A stretch of 62,885 nucleotides of DNA, counting the filler, from Octopus bimaculoides (taxonomy: Eukaryota), in NCBI RefSeq assembly GCF_001194135.2. It is 6 parts of 5 records of this genome, joined end to end, with 100 filler letters (N's around TTAATTAATTAA, not from the genome) between each part and the next. Parts side by side here need not be neighbours in the genome. Positions count along the whole stretch, not along the records: positions 32,655 to 43,655 come from NC_068993.1; positions 43,756 to 50,339 come from NC_068987.1; 4 more parts are not named here. One strand, written 5' to 3'. The notes beneath the pieces are model-generated. The model worked only from the letters and a program-made list of their open reading frames with translations, did not search any database and was not told the origin of the DNA. Made by a program: the position numbers and the translations under genes. Shown in pieces: positions 36,613 through 48,065 of the stretch (the first letter of the stretch is position 1; the number at the start of each line of letters is the position of its first letter).

Positions 36613-36983
36613 ATTATCACTCGCCATATCGTGGTTCACCTATCGCGCCCTCAGTACATCGCAGATTTTTCAGAGAATGGCGGAATATTGGGACCCCCAG
36701 ATGATTCGTGCGTTGCAGTTCAGAAATGCAATCGACAGAGAAATCGAAGTTTATAAAAACCTCCTTACACAGAAGAAACGGCAGAGCCAGCAGCTGCCCA
36801 TCACTATGTTCCTCAGAGTGTGGGGGAGAGTTTATAAAAACTTAAATATATAAATATAATAAAATGAATATATAAAATTATAAAAATTAAAAAAATACAG
36901 TACAGTACTGTTACTACTTCGTGGGTTTTCACCTGCAGCGGGGTGTTTGGAGCATAACACCCACGATAATCGAGGAATTACTG
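36613..36983 (+). mobile_element. Internally deleted pogo/Tigger-type DNA transposon
   Basis: Right end ...cacgataatcgaggaattactg (revcomp CAGTAATTCCTCG), degenerate left end tcactcgccatatcgtggttcacctatcgcg, and a transposase C-terminal remnant WDPQMIRALQFRNAIDREIEVYKNLLTQKKRQSQQLPITMFL (from 36677). Confidence 0.75.
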
Positions 36984-37836
36984 CATGTTCATGACCGTTG
37001 ACATGAAAATCTGGTTTTCTTTAGCAATTAAAAGTAGCTTGCATTTAAATAATAGAAAATAAATAAAATCTAATTAATATTTATTAAAATGGGATGTATG
37101 CTTTCTAAGATTTCGATTTTCATTCGACAAACGGCCATCTAAATTTGTCGAATAATCCGGTTTCATGATGAACATTGTAACCAATAAGATATCAGAGGGA
37201 ACTTGGTTCTTATTATTTCGCATTCGGTGCAAAAGTACGCAAAACCATAAGATGTATACATTAAAGCTAATTGCCATGAGCTTCAAAACGCAATAAACTT
37301 CATTGTGTTAAGTATACAGTCCACTTTAGAGAGGCGGATGTGTTTTAGATGTCAACGACCTTAGTATATCCTTGACAGTTATTGTAAAGACTGCGGAGTA
37401 GTGAAAGCATAGACCACTCCTGTGGAATTTGAATTATAGAACGAAAGATACGCAAATAAATGTATTCAATAGTTTCTTTTTTGTTGATTTTTCGTTTTAC
37501 TAAGCGGCTTGACACATTTGAAAAACTAAAATGGAGTGGCATTAACGTACGAGTATTAGCTATTTGAATGAACAGGAATAGCTTCGACCAGGTTGCAACT
37601 TTGACATCATGTGTTAGAAAAGGGTGTAACTTGTTTTATGAAGTATAAAACAGCACTTTGAAGATCAGTAGAACCCCAGAAAAAGGACAGCTAGTGCATG
37701 AGAATGTAGAACATAGGTACTTGGGGCTTAATTAATCAATCTCAGAAAAAATAAAAGGGCAAATATCTTATGAGTAGATAAAGGTCAAATTAAATATTTA
37801 GAAACAATTTGTTTTATATTTAATCGTTTCTGCCAG

Positions 37837-37887
37837 TCCGCTCGTTTAATACAAACGTGTTGCCGCCGCCGTTGCTGTTTAGAACAG
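37837..37887 (+). CDS. Candidate 51-nt exon, unknown gene
   Basis: Acceptor gtttctgccAG and strong donor CAG|GTAATG. Length is divisible by 3; phase 1-1 frame reads RSFNTNVLPPPLLFRT. Confidence 0.2.
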
Positions 37888-38780
37888 GTAATGATAGTAT
37901 TTACTTAAAGCAGCAAGCTTTCAACAGGCTAACCCCCTGGTTACAGATACAACACAATCATGTTTTGAACGGAAATTATTCACTGAACCGCAACTCTTTA
38001 AATTTGTTAACATACAAAAATATAATGAGAAGAATCTAAACAGCAACAGAGGAAAACATATATTCTTCATATGCAACAGTTGTTGTGGAAGAGATTTTCG
38101 TAAAATACTGTCTAAAGTGGAAGCTAAATTTATTTTTCCTTGAGATGATGAACTTACTAAACCGTAACATTTGGTCATTAAGTAGATAATAGATACATTT
38201 TCTCTGGATAATTATATACTAACTTTACCTCAATATCTGACATCTATGAAATGAGGTGTGGAGACTATCATAGCTCAAGGCAAACCAGCCTTATGAGTAA
38301 ATTGATAGACGTAACCAGTATTAATACAAAAAACAGTCTTTATTTACAATTTAACGTGCGAGTTTTGTTCGCTTCGAGAAGTCCTTACATATTGATGCAT
38401 AGTACATAAAAGCACACACATATATCATAGCAGACGAGAATCGTCTAGTATGGGCACCGGAACCGCCCGATCATGTGATTTCGGTGGGCATACCAATCAA
38501 ATCTCGCTACTAAGATATATAGAATACCAGTATTTTTTCAGTCACTAATGCCCTACATAGCTTCCAAGATTATTAAAAAGAAGTATTAGTGACAGAAGCA
38601 GTATAAGTACCAAAATGCAATATTTATATCTAACTTAACGAGGATGTCCTGTTGAACACTGAATACTGGGGTATTCGATTCGCTTTGAGAGATCCACACA
38701 TATAGACGCATGGTGCATAAAAGCACAGCAGTATATTGTTACAAGTAAAGTTGAATATAAAGACACCCCCACCCACGCAC

Positions 38781-38832
<52 letters not shown>

Positions 38833-39194
38833 NNNNNNNNNNNNNNNNNNNNNNNNNNNNNNNNNNNNNNNNNNNNNNNNNNNNNNNNNNNNNNNNNNNN
38901 NNNNNNNNNNNNNNNNNNNNNNNNNNNNNNNNNNNNNNNNNNNNNNNNNNNNNNNNNNNNNNNNNNNNNNNNNNNNNNNNNNNNNNNNNNNNNNNNNNNN
39001 NNNNNNNNNNNNNNNNNNNNNNNNCATTAAAATGATTTTTATCAAGAAGTCAGCATGCTATCAAAATTTATAGGCAATTAATACATTGAATTAATAATAA
39101 TATGCATATGTATATCATTATGTCAAGGGGGATCAGGCGAAAACGATCTTTCTTCAGCATGCTTGAAGTAAATTTGAATATATAGATATATATA

Positions 39195-39435
39195 GTTGAA
39201 ATTTACAGAAAAAACAAAAGACGAAGACAGGTGTATAAACAACAAGCAGGTGTATTAGTTTGACGCTCGAGAAAGTGAGAAAGTCTTTTACGTTTCGAGC
39301 CTACGCTCTTCAACATAAAGGAACACGAGCAAATAAAGAGAGAGAGAGAGAGACGCAAAGTAACAACGAGCAGATTAAGAGAAAACAGAATAAGAAAAAC
39401 AGAAAGTTCCAAAAAGGTTCGGATGCGTCGCATTC
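39195..39435 (-). mobile_element. Penelope-type terminal repeat carrying a hammerhead-like motif (39284-39321)
   Basis: Homologous over more than 110 bp to 61645-61770; contains the revcomp of ATGTTGA-A-GAGC-GTAG-GCTC-GAAA-CGTA-AAAGA. Confidence 0.65.
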
Positions 39436-40390
39436 AATAAAATAAAATAATATATGATATATAATATATAATATATATATACATATGTATATATATAAAC
39501 TTGTGTGTGAATATATACACACACAAAGACATACGCCACTATATATATGTCAGTGATATAGCAACTATCTGCGAGATCTGTTATTAGTTCCACCTCCTAG
39601 AAATTTCAACCACATTTTATAAAATCATAACATTACATAATCTAGAAGAAATTGGATTGGTCACTGTAGTTCTAAATATACAAATGTATGACATGGGCAC
39701 GGTTGGGAATCCCTTTTATCATACTTAGTATCGGTGAAACGATGAAAGCTGGCGTGTGACAAAACTAAAACAGTAAAACATCAAGAACCACAGCGACACA
39801 TTTATATACACACATTCACATACATATATGTACACACACATATGAGTGTATGTGTGTATCTGTGTGTGTTTTAAAATGTATGAAGCAACTCATCTTTGCG
39901 TATGAATTTCCAGTGTTTTTCATTTTTGTTTTGTTTATTGTATGTGTTTAATGAGTTAATAGAGCTAAGCACTTGTTGCACTTCCACTACGCTGTAGTTA
40001 TTTACGCTTATCATTTTACTCCCAAACGTATTATGCTTCATATTATATGACGATGACCTTTCTTTGTAGGTCATTGTGACATACTTGTTAAATTTCTTCG
40101 GTTGCAATGAATGGAGTTGAAGAAAAAAGAAAAAAAGAACAAGAGCAAAATGAAAAAAGGCATCTATAATATTTCTATAACTTAGTTGAACAATGATCAC
40201 ACACACGCACAATACGCAACACACAGGCAATAAGCACACCATACACACACATATATATCACGTAGTGGATAACAAGTTGCTTCGCAACCACATGGTTTGG
40301 GGTTCAAAACCAATGCATAGAACCCCGGGTCAATGAAATATTTGCATGACGAACACCGTTCGAAAACACGTCGTCAACAAAATGTGTGAA

Positions 40391-40457
<67 letters not shown>

Positions 40458-41815
40458 NNNNNNNNNNNNNNNNNNNNNNNNNNNNNNNNNNNNNNNNNNN
40501 NNNNNNNNNNNNNNNNNNNNNNNNNNNNNNNNNNNNNNNNNNNNNNNNNNNNNNNNNNNNNNNNNNNNNNNNNNNNNNNNNNNNNNNNNNNNNNNNNNNN
40601 NNNNNNNNNNNNNNNNNNNNNNNNNNNNNNNNNNNNNNNNNNNNNNNNNNNNNNNNNNNNNNNNNNNNNNNNNNNNNNNNNNNNNNNNNNNNNNNNNNNN
40701 NNNNNNNNNNNNNNNNNNNNNNNNNNNNNNNNNNNNNNNNNNNNNNNNNNNNNNNNNNNNNNNNNNNNNNNNNNNNNNNNNNNNNNNNNNNNNNNNNNNN
40801 NNNNNNNNNNNNNNNNNNNNNNNNNNNNNNNNNNNNNNNNNNNNNNNNNNNNNNNNNNNNNNNNNNNNNNNNNNNNNNNNNNNNNNNNNNNNNNNNNNNN
40901 NNNNNNNNNNNNNNNNNNNNNNNNNNNNNNNNNACATACCGACATGTATACGTATACATACAAGCATATATGGGTACAGGACATCACAAAAAAAACGTTA
41001 AACGAAAACATAAAGAGGAAGACAGAAAACTAACTTTTTTTTCGAACAGCGAAAAAAACACAGAGAAACGAGACATGCAACATAAAGAATATTACCCTTC
41101 TTCAGTTGTCCTTGCTCCATCTACTCCGCGTTTGGAAGGCAAGGACAATACGCGATCTTGTTGGAGCAGTCCTTCCAGGAAGCAACTTAATTAAAATTTG
41201 GAAATTTTTGCGGAGGGTGAAAGTGTAAACAAGAACAGGACAGTGAGAACAAAACAGTAAAAACAAGACAGAACTGTGAGAACGAACGGTAAGGGCTGTT
41301 AGGCCAACACGATAGAAACATTATTTTGAACGCCGATTAGAGAGTGAAAAAATTTGCGTCTTCTCTATAGGAAGGCAGAAAATAGAAAGAAAGAATCCCT
41401 TTCGTCACGTGTCAGCGACATATATATACACACTTATGTATATATGCCTCACCGTCTCCCGTTTCCCTCACCTACCACCTACCACCCTACCTCTCCAACG
41501 CACCATGTAATTCCCTTAAAACAATAGGCATATATTAAGCATATAGTTTATATCCATTTAAAAGAAAAAAAGAAAATAGAGATAAGGAAGTTAATAATTG
41601 TTTATCATAAACAAATTGATCAACTTCAATTCTTACAGCCGTTTCAATTAATACTGAATAATTTAATTACAAATTTGTACATTAAAGTTACATTTAGGTG
41701 ACATGAGTATAATTTCATCAGAGAAGAAAAAATGTACATCCTCAGGTACATTGTCCTTCTCCGATGAAATTATACTCATGTCGCATAAATGTAAATTTAA
41801 TATACACGTATGTAA

Positions 41816-42140
41816 GAGGCTGTGCGGTAAATAGCTTGCTTACCAGCCACATGGTTCCGGATTCAGTCCCACTGCGTGGCACCTTGGGCAAGTGTATACT
41901 ACTATAGCCGCGGGCCGACCAAAGCCTTGTGAGTGGATTTGGTAGACGGATACTGAAAGTAGCCCGTCGTATATATGTATATATATGTATGCGTATATGT
42001 GTGTGTGTCTGTGTTTGTCCCCCCAACTTCGCTTGACAACCGATGCTGGTGTGTTTACGTACTCGTAACTTAGCGGTTCGGCAAAAAGAGACCGATAGAA
42101 TAAGTACTAGGCTTACAAAGAATAAGTCCTGGGGTCGATT
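41816..42140 (+). mobile_element. SINE family B, 3' end lost in gap
   Basis: ggctgtgcggtaaatagcttgc...ggcaccttgggcaagtg...cggttcggcaaaaagagaccgatagaataagtac. Confidence 0.92.
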
Positions 42141-42409
42141 NNNNNNNNNNNNNNNNNNNNNNNNNNNNNNNNNNNNNNNNNNNNNNNNNNNNNNNNNNNN
42201 NNNNNNNNNNNNNNNNNNNNNNNNNNNNNNNNNNNNNNNNNNNNNNNNNNNNNNNNNNNNNNNNNNNNNNNNNNNNNNNNNNNNNNNNNNNNNNNNNNNN
42301 NNNNNNNNNNNNNNNNNNNNNNNNNNNNNNNNNNNNNNNTTTCATCTCAGAGCTGCGGTCATGCTGATGCACCACCATTTTGCTACACTTTTATTTCTGA
42401 GATCCTCCT

Positions 42410-43498
42410 CCAATATGTGGCACTTGGTAAAGAATGGAATTTGATGTAGCTACCCTCATTTGCATCTCTTGCCGTGAGGTAGGTTCATCTAGGACTCACG
42501 ACAGGAAAAGGGCCAGCTTTGATTTAAAAACGCCTACATCTGCTTCGTGCAGGTTCCTCAGGCTCTTTGGGAGAATATTAAAAAGCTGTGGGCCCCTGAA
42601 ACCCAGGTTGTTGCAGTAACTGGTCCTGAAGCGCGATGGCGTTGCTGGGATCTTTGCCACTATTCAGTGTGGTCCCATTCTGGCATTGGTGTAGCTTTCA
42701 ATGCCAAAATTTGACACAATTCCTTCCAGGATCTTCCAGATGAATATTACTGCATACCTCTCTCGCCTTCTCTCCAAGGAGTAGAATCTTAGATGTTTCA
42801 GCCTTTCCCAGTAGCTGAGCAGTTGCAAAGAGACGATCTTCTTTGTGAATCTTCTCTTGATTACTTCAAGGTCTGCTGTTAATTTCACACTGGTGGGTGA
42901 CCATAGCTGTGAGCAGTAATCCAGGCGACAGAGGACAAATGTCCTCCAGAGAACCATCATGGTTTCCTTATATCTGGTTCTGAATGTTCTCAGGATCCAT
43001 CCATCCAGCCTGCCAGTCGTCTGTACTTTGTCACCATCCTGGTAATGTGCACTTGGAAAGAGGTATCATCACTTATGCTGATACCCAGATCCCTCACTGA
43101 TTTAAGCTCTGGGATTGAAATTCTCTGTGGACCAGTGTAACCTGTAAGTTTCATATTCAGTTTTGGACGCTGGTAGCACAGGGCTTGGAATTTTGCAGCA
43201 TTAAACTGCATATTATTATCTTCAGCCCGTCTGTAAGGTGAGTCCAACTCCTGCTGCAGACGTGCAACATCGCTGGGGTTCTGTATTGTCTGCAGAATTT
43301 CGTATCGTCTGCGTAGCTTGCAAGAGTGGCTATCCGGGCACTTGCGGGCATATCTAAGAGGGCCACTATAAAAAGCATTGGTCTCAAGACAGTGCCCTGT
43401 GGAACACCACTCACTATTTGTGTTTTCATAGAGATGGCTCCATTAGCCACTACTGCCTGACTTCTATCTTTCAGAAAGTCATGTAACCACTCTCCAAT
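42410..43498 (-). mobile_element. CR1-like LINE, RT C-terminal half and ORF2 end
   Basis: WLHDFLKDRSQAVVANG, SGVPQGTVL.PMLF, SYADDTKF, NNMQFNAAKF, VRDLGISI, LDYCSQLWSP, YWERLKHL.FYSLERRRERY, GPQLFNILP and F.SKL..FL; a few frameshifts. Confidence 0.92.
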
Positions 43499-43981
43499 AT
43501 GTATATATATATATATATGTATGTATGTATGTATATATGTAGATATGTATATATATTTATTTATTTATGGGTTTCAGCCAAGCGGCTGTGGTCATGCTGA
43601 AGCACCACAGTAACATATATATATATATATAGATATATATATATATATATATATANNNNNNNNNNNNNNNNNNNNNNNNNNNNNNNNNNNNNNNNNNNNT
43701 TAATTAATTAANNNNNNNNNNNNNNNNNNNNNNNNNNNNNNNNNNNNNNNNNNNNCCAGATGTGCCATCAAAACTCTTGATTGGACCATGTCAGGTGGGG
43801 GAGAAGAGCCATGCAAGGAACGTGAACAGAGCACAGCATAAGGACGGAAAGTCACGGTGGTGCACCAGCATGACCGCAGCCACTTGGCTGAAACACATAA
43901 ATAAATAAATAAATAAATATATATATATATATATAATGTGTGTGTATGTGTGGTGTGTGTGTGTGTGTGTGTGCGTGTGTA

Positions 43982-44760
43982 CAAGGTGTCCGGGATAAAG
44001 TTGATGATTTTTTTTTAAGTCCCTTCTTTTTTAGCAACAGCTTGATGTATTGGTTAATGGTCAGCGGCATTAGAGAGCGTAAACATTTAAAGCTGCAGTT
44101 GAAGAAAAAGTTCGCTGAAATGGAGGATTTGAAGGCATTTGAATATTGGAAAAGTGTCAGTTCTATTGTGAGGATTCGCTCCGGGTCTGAAAATGCCGAA
44201 ATTATGATCGCTGCTCCATGTTCTGTGAACAATGTAAAGGCTGTAAAGCGTGGTACGAACAGCTGCAACGGAGGCTACGAAGCCGTGACCATCAGGAAGG
44301 AACAGGGAAGGCGTACTCAGTGCTTCGTAGAATTCGTCCAACTACTGATGAACAGAGCGATAGGCCCACTTCACACATATGAAACTGCAGAGGATTGTGG
44401 TCAATCTCTGGTTGTGGAGGGTTGCTACTGGAAGGGCATGTGTATGACAACAACATTCCGCTCCTTGCCATACACCTAGAAAGAGTTAGAAGTGGTTATC
44501 AGAGAATTTCTACGACTTCACTAGCGCCAATTTCTGGCCTTCTGCTTCGTCCGATTGTAATCTCATGGATTGCTATGTGTGGGGCACAGTCGACAAAAGA
44601 TACCATTTTCCCTGTTTGCAACACCAAGGCCACGCTGGTGGCCAAGATCATGAAAATATATGGAGATTTTCTCAACGACACAGTGAGGAAAGCATCTGAT
44701 GGTTCTGGAGCCGTCTTGAGGCTGTGGTGGAAGCTAAGGGCAGCTACTTTGCGTTAGCTG
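43982..44760 (+). mobile_element. Decayed Tc1/mariner transposon of DD37D (maT) type
   Basis: TA|CAAGGTGTCC left end. The frame from 44409 reads ...V*QQ(H)SAPCHT...WLSENFYDFTSANFWPSASSDCNLMDCYVWG, with 37 residues between the second catalytic position (mutated to H) and the D of NLMD; the C-terminus is SRLEAVVEAKGSYF. The middle is deleted and the right TIR was not found. Confidence 0.75.
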
Positions 44761-44768
44761 TTATGTTC

Positions 44769-44861
44769 AGCTCTAATCTAGTTCAGTGGTTCCCAAAGTG
44801 AGCTTTAATCTAGTTCAGTGGTTCCCAAAGTGAGCTTTAATCTAGTTCAGTGGTTCCCAAA
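44769..44861. repeat. 32-bp tandem repeat x2.9 containing a hAT-like terminus
   Basis: Unit AGCTYTAATCTAGTTCAGTGGTTCCCAAAGTG at 44769, 44801 and 44833. Confidence 0.95.
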
Positions 44862-45107
44862 TTGTATTACACGTGTATAAGGATGACCACTAGTTGGACA
44901 TCCAATATGCTAAAAAGAGGTCATCAACGACCCAACCACAAAGAAAAAATAATGTTCTCCAGAAAAATTTCGCAAAACACCAGAACAGGACAAAATAAAA
45001 AATATACAGAATAAAGAATTAGCTATGTACTGCAGTTTCGAACATTAACGTTTTACTTACGTAACAACATCCGTGTTCTCGATTCTAGAACGGCTATTCA
45101 TACATAC

Positions 45108-45215
<108 letters not shown>

Positions 45216-45309
45216 GTACAAATATACCTATACGCACGCGCACACATACATTTACATACTCATGCGTTCAAACATACGTACACACGTTCTCCATTATGCA
45301 TATGCTTAA

Positions 45310-45375
45310 CGCGGTGCTCCAGCATGGCCGCTGTCAAATGACTGAAACAAATAAAAGAATAAAAGAATAAAAGAA
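45310..45375 (+). mobile_element. SINE family B 3' end
   Basis: gcggtgctccagcatggccgctgtcaaatgactgaaacaaataaaagaataaaagaat. Confidence 0.8.
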
Positions 45376-45587
45376 TACGTGGATATATAAATAAATATAT
45401 TTTATAAATATGTTACAATCGCGGGTTTGATAAACCTACATTTAGCTTAGCTACGTAAGTATGCATTCGCTTTAGCCAGCGTACAAGCCCATAAATTAAA
45501 CAATGATTTTGTATCTGATGTTTACAATATGTCTATCTCAGCAATTTAGCTGCGTAATATGCACTGTAAACAAATGTACTCATAGAC

Positions 45588-45891
45588 GAGGGGTCGGCGA
45601 ACTGGGGTAAATTACCTCAAGTGGAGATAATGAGGACTCATTAGACATAAGTAAAATTTTATTAAAAAAAACATGCTCCTTGTTACGATAGAAATTTTCC
45701 TTCTGGCAACATTGCCTCTGTCTAATGTAATGGACGTGTAAATTGATTCATATAAATAAATTCAATAAAACAGATTCAATAAACATTTTGAATTCAAAGA
45801 TTTTTTTCTTGTTTTCAAATCAGTGGGGGTAACGTCGGCGTAAATGAATGTATTTTGGGGGTAATTGGTTGAAAAAGTTCACCGACCCCTG
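45588..45891. mobile_element. hAT-family MITE
   Basis: TIRs (G)AGGGGTCGGCGAACT / AGTTCACCGACCCCTG and 8-bp target-site duplication TCATAGAC (45580-45587) / TCACAGAC (45892-45899), 7/8 identical. Confidence 0.88.
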
Positions 45892-46259
45892 TCACAGACA
45901 AATTATTAGAACTAAACCGTGTTACTTTAAGCGTTCTTCATGAGAAACTGCAGATAATTTATTCCGTGTAGAAAAGATGGCGAAGACTCTCTCGATGAAC
46001 CGACAACAATCAAGGAAAACTAGTGAAACTGCTATTCGCCTTATTCTACAGAAAGAAAAGAACAAACGAAAGAGTAAGAGAAAGGATGAAAGAGAGTGCG
46101 TTCTTGTTAAACCATTTGGAAAGTCATGCTAAATGTATGTATACTTAATGACAATTAATCCAGACATATACACACAAATATACATACACGCGCGCATGCT
46201 ATAACAGTTGTTTATAAATGTGTGTGCGAGTCTATGTAAAAAATTATATGCACACACAA

Positions 46260-46290
<31 letters not shown>

Positions 46291-46393
46291 CACACACACA
46301 CACATATATACATCAATATATTCATACATAAACACACACACACACTCTTATATAAACATATATACATGTAAGTGTGTGTGTGTATATGTGTGC

Positions 46394-46427
<34 letters not shown>

Positions 46428-46800
46428 ATGTGCGTGTGTGTGTGTAAGTGTGCGTGTGCGTGTGTATGTGTATGTGCTTGAATGTATTGCACTCACACAC
46501 ACACACACATAGAAACACACACAGAAACACATATAAACCGACACACACAAACGCATACTTATGTGTTTGTGTGTTAATAGATTAGACACCTATATACTGA
46601 CAAACAGTCACACTTCAACTTAAAGCCCCCACTCTCCATACCCCCACTCCACATTCCCCCCCACTCACCACCACTCTCCATCCCTACAACTTTATCATCG
46701 TATCAACAGCACACCATATAAAGAGATTTCAGACAACAGAAAAGGGCGCGTGCTCATCGTAAGCTTTTTTTGAAGTTTTTTCTATTGAAACGAGGCTTAC

Positions 46801-46849
46801 ACCTATTGTATCGTCTGCGAGCGGATGTATAGCCTTCATATCAGCAACA
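46801..46849 (-). CDS. Candidate 49-nt exon, unknown gene
   Basis: Minus-strand acceptor ctgtttatttacttcAG and donor GTAAGC. Only one frame is open: VADMKAIHPLADDTIG. Confidence 0.3.
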
Positions 46850-47483
46850 CTGAAGTAAATAAACAGGGTTGGCAATGAATTTCCACGTTTACAATTATTA
46901 TTATTATTACTATTATTATTTNNNNNNNNNNNNNNNNNNNNNNNNNNNNNNNNNNNNNNNNNNNNNNNNNNNNNNNNNNNNNNNNNNNNNNNNNNNNNNN
47001 NNNNNNNNNNNNNNNNNNNNNNNNNNNNNNNNNNNNNNNNNNNNNNNNNNNNNNNNNNNNNNNNNNNNNNNNNNNNNNNNNNNNNNNNNNNNNNNNNNNN
47101 NNNNNNNNNNNNNNNNNNNNNNNNNNNNNNNNNNNNNNNNNNNNNNNNNNNNNNNNNNNNNNNNNNNNNNNNNNNNNNNNNNNNNNNNNNNNNNNNNNNN
47201 NNNNNNNNNNNNAGCTTGGCATCTGTTCGCCGCTCGCATCTAGCTTTCCTTCCTTCCTTCCTTCCTTCCTTCCTTCCTTCCTTCGTGAACCATTCATTCT
47301 ATTAATCCTTTCCTTCATTTATATCCTCTTTTATTCTGTCTATTGTTCTTTCTGTATTTCTTCCTTTCCTCTACTCTGCTTTTCTTTCTTTCTTTCTTTT
47401 CTTCTCTTCTCTTTTCCATTTTGTGGGTTCTGTTTTGTAGTGTTTTGTTCTACATCGTCGGTGAAAAACAACTAGCTGGTCTT

Positions 47484-47730
47484 TTCCGAAAAACTTTCAG
47501 GTTGGGGTCCATGAATAATTTCCAGAAATCCTTAGCCTGGCAGTGCTACCGTGTGGCATTGCCGGTTCGGCACAAATTCTACAGGCACGATAGCGCCTGC
47601 CCAAGATGAACGCAGAGCGACGAAATTGTCCTGCATGCGCTCGTAAAGCGCTGATTGTTGACTTGTAGAGTTATGTCAAGCAGCTAGTACAGATCCACTA
47701 TTCGCAGATTCTACCGGGAAGATCGCCCCA
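47484..47730 (+). mobile_element. L1/Tx1-clade LINE C-terminal fragment (zinc-knuckle region)
   Basis: FRKTFRLGSMNNFQKSLAWQCYRVALPVRHKFYRH...CPR*TQSDEIVLHALVK(R), a decayed CX2CX8HX4C preceded by the W......LP motif typical of L1/Tx1 ORF2. Confidence 0.65.
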
Positions 47731-47734
47731 ACAG

Positions 47735-48065
47735 GTAAAGGCCTTCTATATCTGCCTTAGGGTGGTACGTTTTATTCATTGTCAACAATTTTCGTATTTT
47801 TCTGTCAAGATTACTTATTTGGGTAATTGACCAGTTAATAATATTGAAATTGTAAGTCACGACCGGTGTGGCTAAAGCATTGACCGCTTCGATCCTGTAT
47901 CTTGCGTTCAGCTTTGTCTTGAGTATTGTCCTTACCCAACGATAACATTCTTTTCTGCCTTTCCCTCATCGTTGAATATTTGATTCCATAACCTTTATAT
48001 ACACCTAGGTATTTGGAACTCCCGCTGTTATTCCAGTTGTAAAAGTCCACGGCCACCCTTATTAT
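47735..48065 (-). mobile_element. R4/Dong-like RLE LINE, RT thumb fragment
   Basis: KYLGV...KECYRWVRTILKTKLNARYRIEAVNALATPVVTYNFNIINWSITQISNLDRKIRKLLTMNKTYHPKADIEGLYL, plus KGGRGLLQLE at 48031-48060. Confidence 0.85.

Noticed and set aside
45977-46132. 51-aa ORF MAKTLSMN...KRKSKRKDERECVLVKP, loosely Harbinger-like
   Set aside because: The similarity rests on a Lys/Arg-rich composition in purine-rich DNA.
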